Origin: an uncultured Bdellovibrionales bacterium
GTDB lineage: Bacteria; Bdellovibrionota_C; UBA2361; OMII01
DNA: 58,144 bases
Direction of reading: 5' to 3'
NCBI GenBank assembly: GCA_964654585.1
Contig: CAZZJR010000006.1
Location: 1 to 58,144, forward strand
The notes below the pieces were generated by a model. The model saw nothing but the letters and a program-made list of their open reading frames with translations, was not told where the DNA came from and ran no database searches. Shown here piece by piece: positions 29,978 to 39,156 of the stretch (its first letter is position 1; every line of letters begins with the position of its first letter). A program made the position numbers and the translations under genes.

Positions 29978-30832
29978 TTAGATACCGAAGCCAAAGTTTC
30001 GCAGGATCAGCCCAAGCTCATCGCGCATCGCCATGCGAGGAATAATTCTGTCGATCATTCCATGCTCAAGCAGGAACTCCGACCGCTGAAATCCCTCTGG
30101 AAGCTTCTGTTTAATCGTTCCCTCGATAACGCGGGGCCCGGCAAAGCCGATTAAGGCGTCCGGTTCTGCGACGATCACGTCGCCCAGCATAGCCAGAGAG
30201 GCTGCAACGCCACCCGTCGTTGGGTCCGTGAGGATGGAGATGTATGGAATGTGGGCCTGCCCGAGCTGGGCGAGAGCCGCGCTCACCTTAGCCATCTGCA
30301 TGAGCGAGTAAAAGCCTTCCTGCATGCGGGCACCGCCCGACGCTGAGATGATAATCACGGGCCGTCGCTCGTCACGACCCAACTCAATTAAGCGCGTTAG
30401 CTTTTCACCCACCACGGAGCCCATGCTCCCGCCCATAAACGAGGAGTCAAAGACTCCTAGCATGACCGGAATATTCAGAATTCTCGCCCGCCCCGTCACG
30501 ACTGCTTCCACCGAGCCGGTCTTGCGCTCCATGTCTTTGAGGCGATCCTTGTACTTCTTCTTGTCCTTGAAGTTCAGGGGGTCGGTCGAGCGCAGGTTCG
30601 CGTCGATTTCGAGGAAAGAGTGGCGGTCAACGAGTATAGGGATCCGCTGGCGAGCAGTGAGTCGGAAGTGGTGAGTGCACTTCGGGCACACACCGAAAGC
30701 GCGCCGTAGGTCTTTCGTGTAAAGGATCGCCTCGCACTTAGGGCACTTGGTCCAGATATCATCCGGAAGCTGCAGAGGCTCTGCGACATCGCCTGACTGC
30801 TTCGGGGCTTTGCTGCGCGTAAACCAACCCAT
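29978..30832 (-). CDS. accD: Acetyl-CoA carboxylase carboxyltransferase beta subunit
   Basis: WTKCPKC..CPKC zinc finger, FMGGSMG, SGGARMQEG, PTTGGV, GFAGPRVI. Confidence 0.98.
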   Translation of the reverse strand: MGWFTRSKAPKQSGDVAEPLQLPDDIWTKCPKCEAILYTKDLRRAFGVCPKCTHHFRLTARQRIPILVDRHSFLEIDANLRSTDPLNFKDKKKYKDRLKDMERKTGSVEAVVTGRARILNIPVMLGVFDSSFMGGSMGSVVGEKLTRLIELGRDERRPVIIISASGGARMQEGFYSLMQMAKVSAALAQLGQAHIPYISILTDPTTGGVAASLAMLGDVIVAEPDALIGFAGPRVIEGTIKQKLPEGFQRSEFLLEHGMIDRIIPRMAMRDELGLILRNFGFGI

Positions 30833-31047
30833 GAGTCACACCACCTTACACTACCGGGCCGCTAATAAGTCGGCAGCCCTCACAGACCGCGGCAGGGTAG
30901 CAGAGATCGCGCTACGGTTGCAACGGAGGGCACCCCACCCAAACAGCATGAAATTATTCACATTTACAGCCCTGCATAGCTCTGGTACGAGGGTCCCGTT
31001 GGGCAAACAAAAACGATTTGCCCGGAGAGACACAAGAGGCTACCAGC

Positions 31048-31818
31048 ATGAGCACAGCAAGCCTAACAGAGATCTGCGCCTTCTTAGACAATACCCTCAA
31101 CACAAACGCGTTTAAGGACGCATCCCTCAACGGGCTTCAGATCGAAAGCTCGGCAAGCACCATCACGAGAGTCGGTTTCTCGGTTGATGCTGGTTACTCA
31201 GTAGCGGAGAAAGCCGTCAAGGCGGGTTGCCAGCTGCTCGTAGTACACCACGGCCTGCTGTGGGGAGAATGCGCCCCGATTGTTGGTCCCTGGGCTCGCA
31301 AGCTTTCCCTATTCCTCACGAATGGGCTGTCTCTGTACGCCAGCCATCTGCCTCTTGATGGCCATCAGGAGCTCGGAAACGCGGCCCAACTCGCCTTACT
31401 GCTCAAGCTCACTGAACTCCGCCCATGCTTCCAGTACGGCGGGGCGCCGATCGGCGTGAGGGGCAGGCTCCCTCAGCCAACCTCAATAGCTTCGATTAGC
31501 TCCATGCTTTCAGGGATTGAAGGGGTACTCACACCTCCCCTCATCCTCCCCTTCGGCACGGCAGCTGTGCAGACTGTTGGGATCGCAACCGGCTCTGGCA
31601 CGATGGTCATACCGGAATGCGCGCAGCTCGGGATAGACCTGCTCATAACTGGCGAGCCAAAGCAGTCCGCGTACCACGAGGCGATGGAGCACGGAGTATC
31701 AGTGTTGTGCATAGGACACTACGCAAGCGAGACGTTCGGCGTTCGAGCCTTGGAGCGTGTACTTAGCGAGCGATTTCGTGTAGAAACCCTCTGGATAAGT
31801 GAACCCACTGGTATATAG
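31048..31818 (+). CDS. Nif3-like dinuclear metal center hexameric protein (YbgI family)
   Basis: NGLQIE, VHHGLLW, HLPLDGH..GN, ITGE, GHYASETFG. Confidence 0.93.
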   Translation: MSTASLTEICAFLDNTLNTNAFKDASLNGLQIESSASTITRVGFSVDAGYSVAEKAVKAGCQLLVVHHGLLWGECAPIVGPWARKLSLFLTNGLSLYASHLPLDGHQELGNAAQLALLLKLTELRPCFQYGGAPIGVRGRLPQPTSIASISSMLSGIEGVLTPPLILPFGTAAVQTVGIATGSGTMVIPECAQLGIDLLITGEPKQSAYHEAMEHGVSVLCIGHYASETFGVRALERVLSERFRVETLWISEPTGI

Positions 31819-31822
31819 GTGT

Positions 31823-32995
31823 ATGCAGCAGTTAAGCGACCTCAATTGCAAGGGAAAGCGCGTCCTGATCCGTGCCGACCTCAACGTTCCCCTCAACGAG
31901 AAACTCGAGATCACAGACGACAACCGAATTAAAGAGTTCCTTCCGACCCTGCAGGCGGTTTTGAGCCAGGGAGCCCGCGCTATCGTGATGTCCCACCTCG
32001 GCGAGCCCTCGGGCATCGATCCGGCCCTTTCACTCCGTCCTGTTGCAAAGCGCCTCTCTGAGCTTTTGGGTACAGACGTTATTCTCGCTCCCGACTGCGT
32101 CGGTACAGAGGTCTCGAAGCTTGCTGCTGACCTCAAAGACGGACAAGTTTTGCTTCTTGAGAACCTTCGATTCCAGCCGGGCGAGAAGAAGAATGACCCG
32201 GAATTCGCCTCACAGCTCGCGAAGCTTGGTGACGTCTTTATAAGCGACGCTTTCGCGACAGCGCATCGCAGCCACGCATCGATGGTTGGCGTCCCAAAGC
32301 TCTTCAAGGAGAAGGCGGCGGGCCTCCTGATGCAGAAGGAGATGGACTACTACACCAAGGCGCTAGAGAACCCTCGCAAGCCGCTGTGCGTTGTGATCGG
32401 CGGCTCGAAGGTTTCGAGCAAACTCAATGCTCTCATTAACCTCTCGTCGAAGGCCGACAAGCTAATCATTGGTGGAGCTATGGCGAACACCTTCCTCGCT
32501 GCCCAGGGGCTACAGATGGGCCGATCGCTGTACGAGCCAGACCTAGCGGGCAAGGCGCTGGAGCTGCTCGGTACGCTGGCGCGCCGGGATTGCAAGGTCT
32601 ACCTCCCGGTAGACGTGGTTGTTGCACCAGCGCTAAGCAGCAAGGGTCTCGGGCGGGCAGTCCCCGTGCAGGAGATTCCGGCGGACACGATGGCGCTTGA
32701 TATCGGGCCGGCCACGAGCCTTCTTTACAAAGAGGCCTTGCACTCGGCAGAAACAATCGTCTGGAACGGGCCCATGGGAGCCTACGAGAACGAGGAGTTC
32801 GCTCGTGGCACGCATGACATGTGCGAAGCGATCGCAAACGCACACGGCCTGACAGTTGTTGGGGGCGGTGACACGGATGCCGCCATCCACCACATGCAGC
32901 TCGCCCACAAGTTTAGCTTTATTTCCACGGCTGGCGGGGCTTTCCTGGCGCTGCTTGAAGGCAACTCTCTGCCCGGAATTAAGGCGCTTGAGTAA
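31823..32995 (+). CDS. pgk: Phosphoglycerate kinase
   Basis: RADLNVP, LLENLRF, DAFATAHR, GGSKVSSK, WNGPMG, GGGDT. Confidence 0.96.
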   Translation: MQQLSDLNCKGKRVLIRADLNVPLNEKLEITDDNRIKEFLPTLQAVLSQGARAIVMSHLGEPSGIDPALSLRPVAKRLSELLGTDVILAPDCVGTEVSKLAADLKDGQVLLLENLRFQPGEKKNDPEFASQLAKLGDVFISDAFATAHRSHASMVGVPKLFKEKAAGLLMQKEMDYYTKALENPRKPLCVVIGGSKVSSKLNALINLSSKADKLIIGGAMANTFLAAQGLQMGRSLYEPDLAGKALELLGTLARRDCKVYLPVDVVVAPALSSKGLGRAVPVQEIPADTMALDIGPATSLLYKEALHSAETIVWNGPMGAYENEEFARGTHDMCEAIANAHGLTVVGGGDTDAAIHHMQLAHKFSFISTAGGAFLALLEGNSLPGIKALE

Positions 32996-33179
32996 ACGCT
33001 AGCTCAGCTGGTCGCGTGGCCGTTTTACCTCACTGAAGCAACTTCGCATCTTTTCCTAACACTGGTTGCATAGCGCGAGTTTCCGCGCTGTGCTACTCAC
33101 GCCGTCGCGTCCTGCACAGTGCAAGACACGAAAGGTTTTTTGGCTCTTTAACACCATATGGTGAGAAAGTGAGTATGGC

Positions 33180-34178
33180 ATGAAAGCCATGACTCTCGGG
33201 GACTTCGTGCTGATGCATGAGGGCTTGCCCACTGCTGCATCGCGAGAGCTTAGCAGGTTGCTTCTTGACGTTGCGTCGTGCTGCAACGAGATCGCTTCGA
33301 TGGTAGGCAACGCGGCAGTCAAAGGGCTGGCCGGCGCTGTTGATTCGAAGAATGTGCATGGAGAGACGCAAGTGCCTCTCGATTTGGCAGCCAACCAGGT
33401 TCTCATGGACCGTCTGCAACTCTCGCACCACTTGGGCCTCTTCCTCTCTGAGGAGAGCGACGATGTGATGGAGACGCGGCACTGCAATGCAGGTTCGCGT
33501 TACGTGATCGCCGTGGACCCCCTAGACGGCAGCAAGCTGATTGACGACGCAGGAACCGTGGGCACGATCTTTGCGGTGTTCCGGACTCGAAAGCGAGCCG
33601 TGACCCCCAACAAAGACGACTTCCTACAACCCGGTAGAGGGCTGGCTGCTGCTGGCATAGCAGTATACGGAGCGCAGACGATGCTCGCGTACACCACAGG
33701 CCACGGAGTCCACCTCTTCGCCTACGATCACTTCAGGCGCGATTGGGTGCTCGTAAACGAGCAGCTGCGCATGCAAGAGCCCCAGGGCTCTGCGGTATAC
33801 AGCGTTAACGAGGGAAATTCCCTCAAGTGGCGCCCCGAAGTGCAGTCGTTCATCAGTGAGCTTAAAGGCTCCACTGAACCACGATTCTCGCAACGCTACG
33901 CCGGCTCGCTCGTTGCCGATGGGTTGCGGGTGCTTCGTTCTGGGGGAATTTTCTTGTACCCTGACGAAGCGACGGCTCCACACGGCAAGCTCAGGCTGGT
34001 CTACGAGTGCACGCCCCTGGCGTTCCTCGTTGAGCAGGCTGGCGGCCAAGCGGTGAACACCGCAGGCGATTCGATCCTGGATGTAGTGCCTCGCGACGTT
34101 CACGAACGCTCTCCCCTCGTGATCGGGCATCCAGCTCACGTAAGGCGGTTCCTGCGCTCTATTGGCAGGGCCGTGTAG
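33180..34178 (+). CDS. fbp: Class 1 fructose-1,6-bisphosphatase (divergent)
   Basis: NVHGETQ..LD, SEE, DPLDGS, VGTIF, YSVNEGN, RYAGSLVAD, GKLRLVYEC.P. Confidence 0.9.
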   Translation: MKAMTLGDFVLMHEGLPTAASRELSRLLLDVASCCNEIASMVGNAAVKGLAGAVDSKNVHGETQVPLDLAANQVLMDRLQLSHHLGLFLSEESDDVMETRHCNAGSRYVIAVDPLDGSKLIDDAGTVGTIFAVFRTRKRAVTPNKDDFLQPGRGLAAAGIAVYGAQTMLAYTTGHGVHLFAYDHFRRDWVLVNEQLRMQEPQGSAVYSVNEGNSLKWRPEVQSFISELKGSTEPRFSQRYAGSLVADGLRVLRSGGIFLYPDEATAPHGKLRLVYECTPLAFLVEQAGGQAVNTAGDSILDVVPRDVHERSPLVIGHPAHVRRFLRSIGRAV

Positions 34179-34221
34179 AGTCTTTTTGCGGCTCACGTCC
34201 GCCTAACGGTTTCAAAAACTT

Positions 34222-34251
34222 GAGGCCTGCTCTTCTGGGCAGGCCTCTTTT
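34222..34251 (+). terminator. Rho-independent terminator after fbp
   Basis: GAGGCCTGCTC-TTCT-GGGCAGGCCTC stem (one G-U) followed by TTTT. Confidence 0.75.
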
Positions 34252-34355
34252 CCTCTCTCTACTGGCATAGCTTCGATTTTACCGGATGCTGAAAGCGCTT
34301 GGGCATGGCAAGCTCGGCGAAGACGCGGCTTGCACGGCCCCTCAGGAAACACGGT

Positions 34356-35255
34356 ATGACTATTGTCGAATCCACTGCCCACTGGCTGGCCGGCCTATTC
34401 ACCAAGTATGTTACAGCTGAGAATACTCGCCGCTTCGAAGTGGTTATCATCCGGCTGGCCGTTCTGTTTTTCCTCTGTCACCTCGGGCTCGTCTTCCTCT
34501 TCAACCATGTGCCGGCGCTGTACCGGGGCCACTCCTTCAACTACCTGAAAGCGATCTACACCCCGTTCAGTTTTATCCTCGTATACGAGGTCTTCCTGCT
34601 CGTTATCATCCTGCCAGAGTCGATGACCGAGTTCATCGCCAAGCAGTTCGAGATTATCACGCTCATTACCTTACGAAGCTTCTTCCACGACATCGCTAGC
34701 GTCCCAATGCACGCGCCGATCCACGCGTCAGATCCCGCAGTGCTCGATCTTGGGTACGACCTGATTGCTTCAATAATCATGTTTACCTTGACGTTGGTGT
34801 TTCACCGTCTTCACTCGCGGCATCGTGAGCGTGACAGCCAGCCAGACCTCCAGAGATTTATAGACTTTAAGAAGTCCGTGTCGGCAATACTGATTGTGGT
34901 ATTGTTGGCAACAAGCGCCTACAGCTTCCTCTCTTGGGCATCGCACGTTTGGCCTGCACTAGTGAACAACACTGAGTTTCCTGATCCGAACTCCTTTTTC
35001 TACGTCGACTTCTTCAATGTAATGATCTACGCCGACGTTCTGCTGCTCATCATCTCGTTCCTGTACGACTCCTCCTTCTTCACCGTTGTGAGAAACGCCA
35101 GCTTCATTATCTCTACTATTCTCCTGCGGCTCTCGCTCAGCATGGAGCGCCCTATGAACCACGTCGTGGCGATCTGCGCCTTTAGCTTCTCAGTCTCGGT
35201 GATGTTGATTCTGCACCTACGACACCGGCGCTCTGAGCTTCCAGCGAAGGCGTAG
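34356..35255 (+). CDS. Polytopic membrane protein of unknown function, possibly a tandem PsiE-like duplication
   Basis: AGGA before ATG 34356; about 8 hydrophobic segments in two similar halves. Confidence 0.75.
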   Translation: MTIVESTAHWLAGLFTKYVTAENTRRFEVVIIRLAVLFFLCHLGLVFLFNHVPALYRGHSFNYLKAIYTPFSFILVYEVFLLVIILPESMTEFIAKQFEIITLITLRSFFHDIASVPMHAPIHASDPAVLDLGYDLIASIIMFTLTLVFHRLHSRHRERDSQPDLQRFIDFKKSVSAILIVVLLATSAYSFLSWASHVWPALVNNTEFPDPNSFFYVDFFNVMIYADVLLLIISFLYDSSFFTVVRNASFIISTILLRLSLSMERPMNHVVAICAFSFSVSVMLILHLRHRRSELPAKA

Positions 35256-35393
35256 GTTCATCCATCCAGCCATTGCAGTCACTTAGCTGGCATCTCCGGC
35301 GCTTGTTCGCACTTTTTTGCTCCGGTCAGCAAAAGCCATGCTATACCGACGGCTCCGGCGCTCGAAAACAACGACATTGAGTGGTCGGCGCTT

Positions 35394-37508
35394 ATGCGGA
35401 GCGTGCGGGGGTCCATGACGAAGGGCGATACCGAGACTACGGGGAGGGAACGTAGGCGCACAAGAGACGCCCGCTTGCAGGGACGTGTCCCCGTTGGTGC
35501 AATCAAGGCCCGCTTCGCGTCAAGAGCGAGGGGCAGAAGCTTGCAACGGGCGCGTCGGCGCCTCTCACAAGATGACTTCAGGAGCCTCATAACGGTGAGC
35601 TCGGCCGCCATTTGCTGCGTCGAGCTGTTGCAGCCGGTCTCCTGCTCCCTTCCAGAGGACGAATTCGTGCGCGCGCTGTACGCCGTACCGTCCCGCTGCT
35701 TGGAGGCTAGCCTCACCTTTGCCCTCTGGGCAGGCTGCTCAACGGTAGACCGCGTCCTTGGAAAATCCCTAGCGGAAGTGCTACCCCAAGGAACCGGCAG
35801 CCGAGAGATCTTTCGACGCTGGCGCTCGCTCTCGCTCTCCACCCAAGGCTTCGAGGCTGACTTGGAGAGGCCTGCGGGCCGTCGTCGCACCTGCCAGTCC
35901 GTTATTTACGGACGGATCTCGAACGAGCAGCTCTCGCGCATCTGGGTCGTGCTACGTGATATTACCCCACAGTCCCGTGCCCTCAAGGCGCTCTCCGTTT
36001 CGGAGAATCACTACCGGTCTCTTGTTGAGCGTCCCGGGCTACTTTTTGTGCGAATACGCCCAGATGGGACCTACGAGCACATGAGCCGGACTGCGCAGGA
36101 AACGCTTGGAATCTCGCTCGAAGAAGCAAACGTCACCCCGTGCACAGTGTTCAGGCTCGTGCATCCCGATGATGCGCAGCGCGCTCAAGCTTTTATCGAC
36201 GCGCGGAACATCGGCAGTTTGCGTGTAGTCGAGGATGAGCATCGTTTAAAAACTAAGGACGGAAAATACCGCTGGTTCCTCGTTCGGCAGTTTCCGAAAC
36301 GGAATAGCGACGGAGAGATAGAGTCATACGACATCGTCGCAGTCGACATCCACCTGCAACGAGAGATCGCTCACCGGGCCGAAAACCTTTCCTCGACCTC
36401 TGTTTCAAACGAGCTCTCGGCCGGCCTGGCGCACGATCTGAATAATTTTCTGGCGATCGCGATGGCCCAGCTCGGCAGCGCGAGTGCTGCGCTCTTACAT
36501 TCTCCGCCCGTAAAGCTCGCCCTTGACGGGGCGCAGCAGTGCTTGGAGGCCTGCCGTGAGATCAGCAGGCAGCTACTGGAAATCGGTCTGGAGACAAACG
36601 GCCGGCAGAGAAGCTTCTCCCTTGGCTCTCTGATGAACGACACGAGGAGCCTGCTCCGACACGCCCTGCCAAACCGGATAGCACTGGTCATCTCACCTCC
36701 TAGCGACGATCTCTGGCTGACGGGCGAGCCCGTACAGCTGCAACGGGCCCTGCTCAACCTTGTCTTGAATGCGCGGGACGCAATACGAGAGCAGGGCCAG
36801 ATCTCAATAGCCGCTGAACGGACGCCCAACGGCGATGCTCTTATCTCCGTGAGAGACTCGGGACCTGGCATTCGACCAGAACTCGCGGGGCGGCTCTTTG
36901 AACCATTCTTTTCGACCAAAATCGGCGCCGGAGGCCACGGTCTTGGTCTCGTCAACACTAAGCTGCTCGTGCAGTCATTCGGCGGCAGGGTGCAGTTCCG
37001 AAACCATCCTGAGGGTGGCGCTGAGTTCTCCCTCATGATGCCGCTACCCTCCCAAAAAGCATTCACTGCCCCCTCCCCCGACATCCATAGTCACCACAGG
37101 TCGACTGGATGGTGTGCCCTCAGCATCTTCGTGGTAGAGGATCTTGCGGATCTCCGCGCGAGCATGCTCTCCACCCTGTCGTCAGTGGGGCACCGCGTTA
37201 TAGCTTTTCCTGATGCGGAATCGCTCGTGTCGCACCTGTCCGAGAGGTATTCACCGCCGGATGTATGTATCCTTGACGAAAATCTTCCAGGCAGGAGCGG
37301 CTCAAGCCTTGCTCTTCAGCTTGGCTCGTTTCTTCCAGCAACGGCGATACTGCTCACGAGCGGAGCAGCAGTTGCTACCCAATCCGCCTGCAGGAATCAT
37401 GCAGGCCTGAGAGTCTTGCCGAAGCCTTTCTCGCCACCAGAGCTGCTCCAGGCTGTCGCAGCCCTCGACGCAAAGGGGCATTTCGACAACTCCTCAAATC
37501 TGCGATAA
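35394..37508 (+). CDS. Cytoplasmic hybrid sensor kinase (PAS-like, PAS, HisKA, HATPase, REC)
   Basis: VHPDD..KDGKYRW PAS/PAC, AHDLNN, LLNLVLNARDA, DSGPGI, FEPFFSTK, GHGLGL, receiver VVED..ILD..KPF; start uncertain. Confidence 0.92.
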   Translation: MRSVRGSMTKGDTETTGRERRRTRDARLQGRVPVGAIKARFASRARGRSLQRARRRLSQDDFRSLITVSSAAICCVELLQPVSCSLPEDEFVRALYAVPSRCLEASLTFALWAGCSTVDRVLGKSLAEVLPQGTGSREIFRRWRSLSLSTQGFEADLERPAGRRRTCQSVIYGRISNEQLSRIWVVLRDITPQSRALKALSVSENHYRSLVERPGLLFVRIRPDGTYEHMSRTAQETLGISLEEANVTPCTVFRLVHPDDAQRAQAFIDARNIGSLRVVEDEHRLKTKDGKYRWFLVRQFPKRNSDGEIESYDIVAVDIHLQREIAHRAENLSSTSVSNELSAGLAHDLNNFLAIAMAQLGSASAALLHSPPVKLALDGAQQCLEACREISRQLLEIGLETNGRQRSFSLGSLMNDTRSLLRHALPNRIALVISPPSDDLWLTGEPVQLQRALLNLVLNARDAIREQGQISIAAERTPNGDALISVRDSGPGIRPELAGRLFEPFFSTKIGAGGHGLGLVNTKLLVQSFGGRVQFRNHPEGGAEFSLMMPLPSQKAFTAPSPDIHSHHRSTGWCALSIFVVEDLADLRASMLSTLSSVGHRVIAFPDAESLVSHLSERYSPPDVCILDENLPGRSGSSLALQLGSFLPATAILLTSGAAVATQSACRNHAGLRVLPKPFSPPELLQAVAALDAKGHFDNSSNLR

Positions 37509-37593
37509 GAGCTATTGAGGGAGCGCCATCTCAACGCCGTGCCCATACCCCGAGCGATTGTTCGGCTCCGGGCAAGACACCACCGAGATTTCG

Positions 37594-39114
37594 ATGACAA
37601 CCTTTGCTGCAATAGACGTCGGTTCAAACGCCATGCGCATGGCGGTCGGGCGGTTCGACGCTCGAGGCGAGCTCAAGATCCTGGCAACTTCCCGCGCCGC
37701 TGTGAGGCTCGGACGTGACGTCTTTCGCCAGGGAAAGATCTCAGCGACAGTTATGGAGCAGGGAGTCGCGGCTTTCGTCGAGTTCGAGACGATGCTGCAT
37801 GAGTTTAAGGTTACTCGGTACCGAGCTGTGGCAACCAGCGCGCTGCGTGATGCGACCAACAGCCGAGATTTCATCCAGCGCGTGCAACGGGCGACCGGCA
37901 TTGCAATCGAGGTTATCAGCGGCGACGAGGAGGCCCGGCTCGTGTACCAGGCGGTTTCCACGCTCGTGCCGCTCGGGAGAGGCACGAGCGTCCTGCTCGA
38001 CATCGGCGGAGGGAGCTGCGAGATTTCCTTCATCGACCGTGGCCACGTTCTCTTCGCAGAGAGCGTCAATATGGGAACTGTAAGGCTCCTCGAAACAGTG
38101 CGAGGAACGTCGAAAGACCAGCAGCTCATCGAGCGGCTGATTCGACAGTATGCACGTCGCGTCCGAACGAGGCTCAAGGCCCTGCGGCACCACGGACGAA
38201 TCTCAAGGCTCATAGGGACCGGCGGCAACATCGATACGCTCGGCGACCTGCGCAAGGATGTGCTTGGGCAGTCAAGCTCGAAGACGCTGCGGCGCTCGGA
38301 GCTGAAGCAGCTTCAGCAGGTGATCTCGTCAATGACGTTGCAGCAGCGAATTAACCGGCTAGGACTACGCCCCGACCGGGCTGATGTTATTGTGCCGGCC
38401 ATGACCTTAGTGCGTGGCGTCATGGAAGAGGTCGGCGTCAGCTCGCTTGTCATCCCAAGAACAGGGCTTAGGGATGGTGTGCTGTACGACTTACACGCAA
38501 AGAGCGAAGAGTCACTCTCGAAAAGCGCCCTGAAGCGGCAGTCCGGGCAGCTAAAGGCAGCCTGCATCGACCTGGGACGACGCTACCAGTTTGATGAGAC
38601 TCATGCTCTGCATGCTGCTCGGCTCTCGCTACAGATTTTCGACCAAACTCGGCGCTCTCATCGGCTCGGTACCGAACAGCGCACCCTGCTTGAAGCAGCA
38701 GCGCTGCTCCACGACGTTGGGTACTTCATCAATAGCACCGACCACCAAAAGCACTCTGCATACCTGGTGCGTGCCAGCGCATTAGTTGGCCTTACCCCTG
38801 AGCAGCGACGGCTGGTTGCCCTCATCGTTCGCTACCATCGAGGCCCCCTCCCCTCTGACAAGGACGACAATTTTGCGGAATTGACAGCCAAGCAGAAGCA
38901 GTCGGTTCGCGTTCTTGCCGGGATTATCCGGCTTGTAGAAGATCTCGACCGCGAACACTCGCAGCGCATTAAGAAATTGCAACTCAGGATATCAGGAAAG
39001 CGCCTACTACTCCGTCTTCCGCCGTCCAAGTCACTGCTCGTTGAGCGTTGGGGACTCGACCATCATAAGAGCGCTCTTGAGGAGGCGCTTTCGCTAAAGA
39101 TCGAGGTCCGCTGA
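37594..39114 (+). CDS. ppx: Exopolyphosphatase Ppx/GppA with C-terminal HD domain
   Basis: AAIDVGSN, ATSALRDA.N, EEARL, DIGGGS.E, RADVI, GLRDG, LLHDVG. Confidence 0.95.
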   Translation: MTTFAAIDVGSNAMRMAVGRFDARGELKILATSRAAVRLGRDVFRQGKISATVMEQGVAAFVEFETMLHEFKVTRYRAVATSALRDATNSRDFIQRVQRATGIAIEVISGDEEARLVYQAVSTLVPLGRGTSVLLDIGGGSCEISFIDRGHVLFAESVNMGTVRLLETVRGTSKDQQLIERLIRQYARRVRTRLKALRHHGRISRLIGTGGNIDTLGDLRKDVLGQSSSKTLRRSELKQLQQVISSMTLQQRINRLGLRPDRADVIVPAMTLVRGVMEEVGVSSLVIPRTGLRDGVLYDLHAKSEESLSKSALKRQSGQLKAACIDLGRRYQFDETHALHAARLSLQIFDQTRRSHRLGTEQRTLLEAAALLHDVGYFINSTDHQKHSAYLVRASALVGLTPEQRRLVALIVRYHRGPLPSDKDDNFAELTAKQKQSVRVLAGIIRLVEDLDREHSQRIKKLQLRISGKRLLLRLPPSKSLLVERWGLDHHKSALEEALSLKIEVR

Positions 39115-39156
39115 GCTCCATGCCTCCTTCGAGCGCATCACGTACCCAGGCAACAT

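Noticed and set aside
32998-33026. TAGCTCAGCTGGT resembling a tRNA D-arm
   Set aside because: No anticodon arm, T-loop (GTTCRA) or acceptor stem
35288-35302. TGGCAT-N7-GC sigma54-like promoter before the hybrid kinase
   Set aside because: Spacing fits but the TT before GC is absent; likely chance in GC-rich DNA
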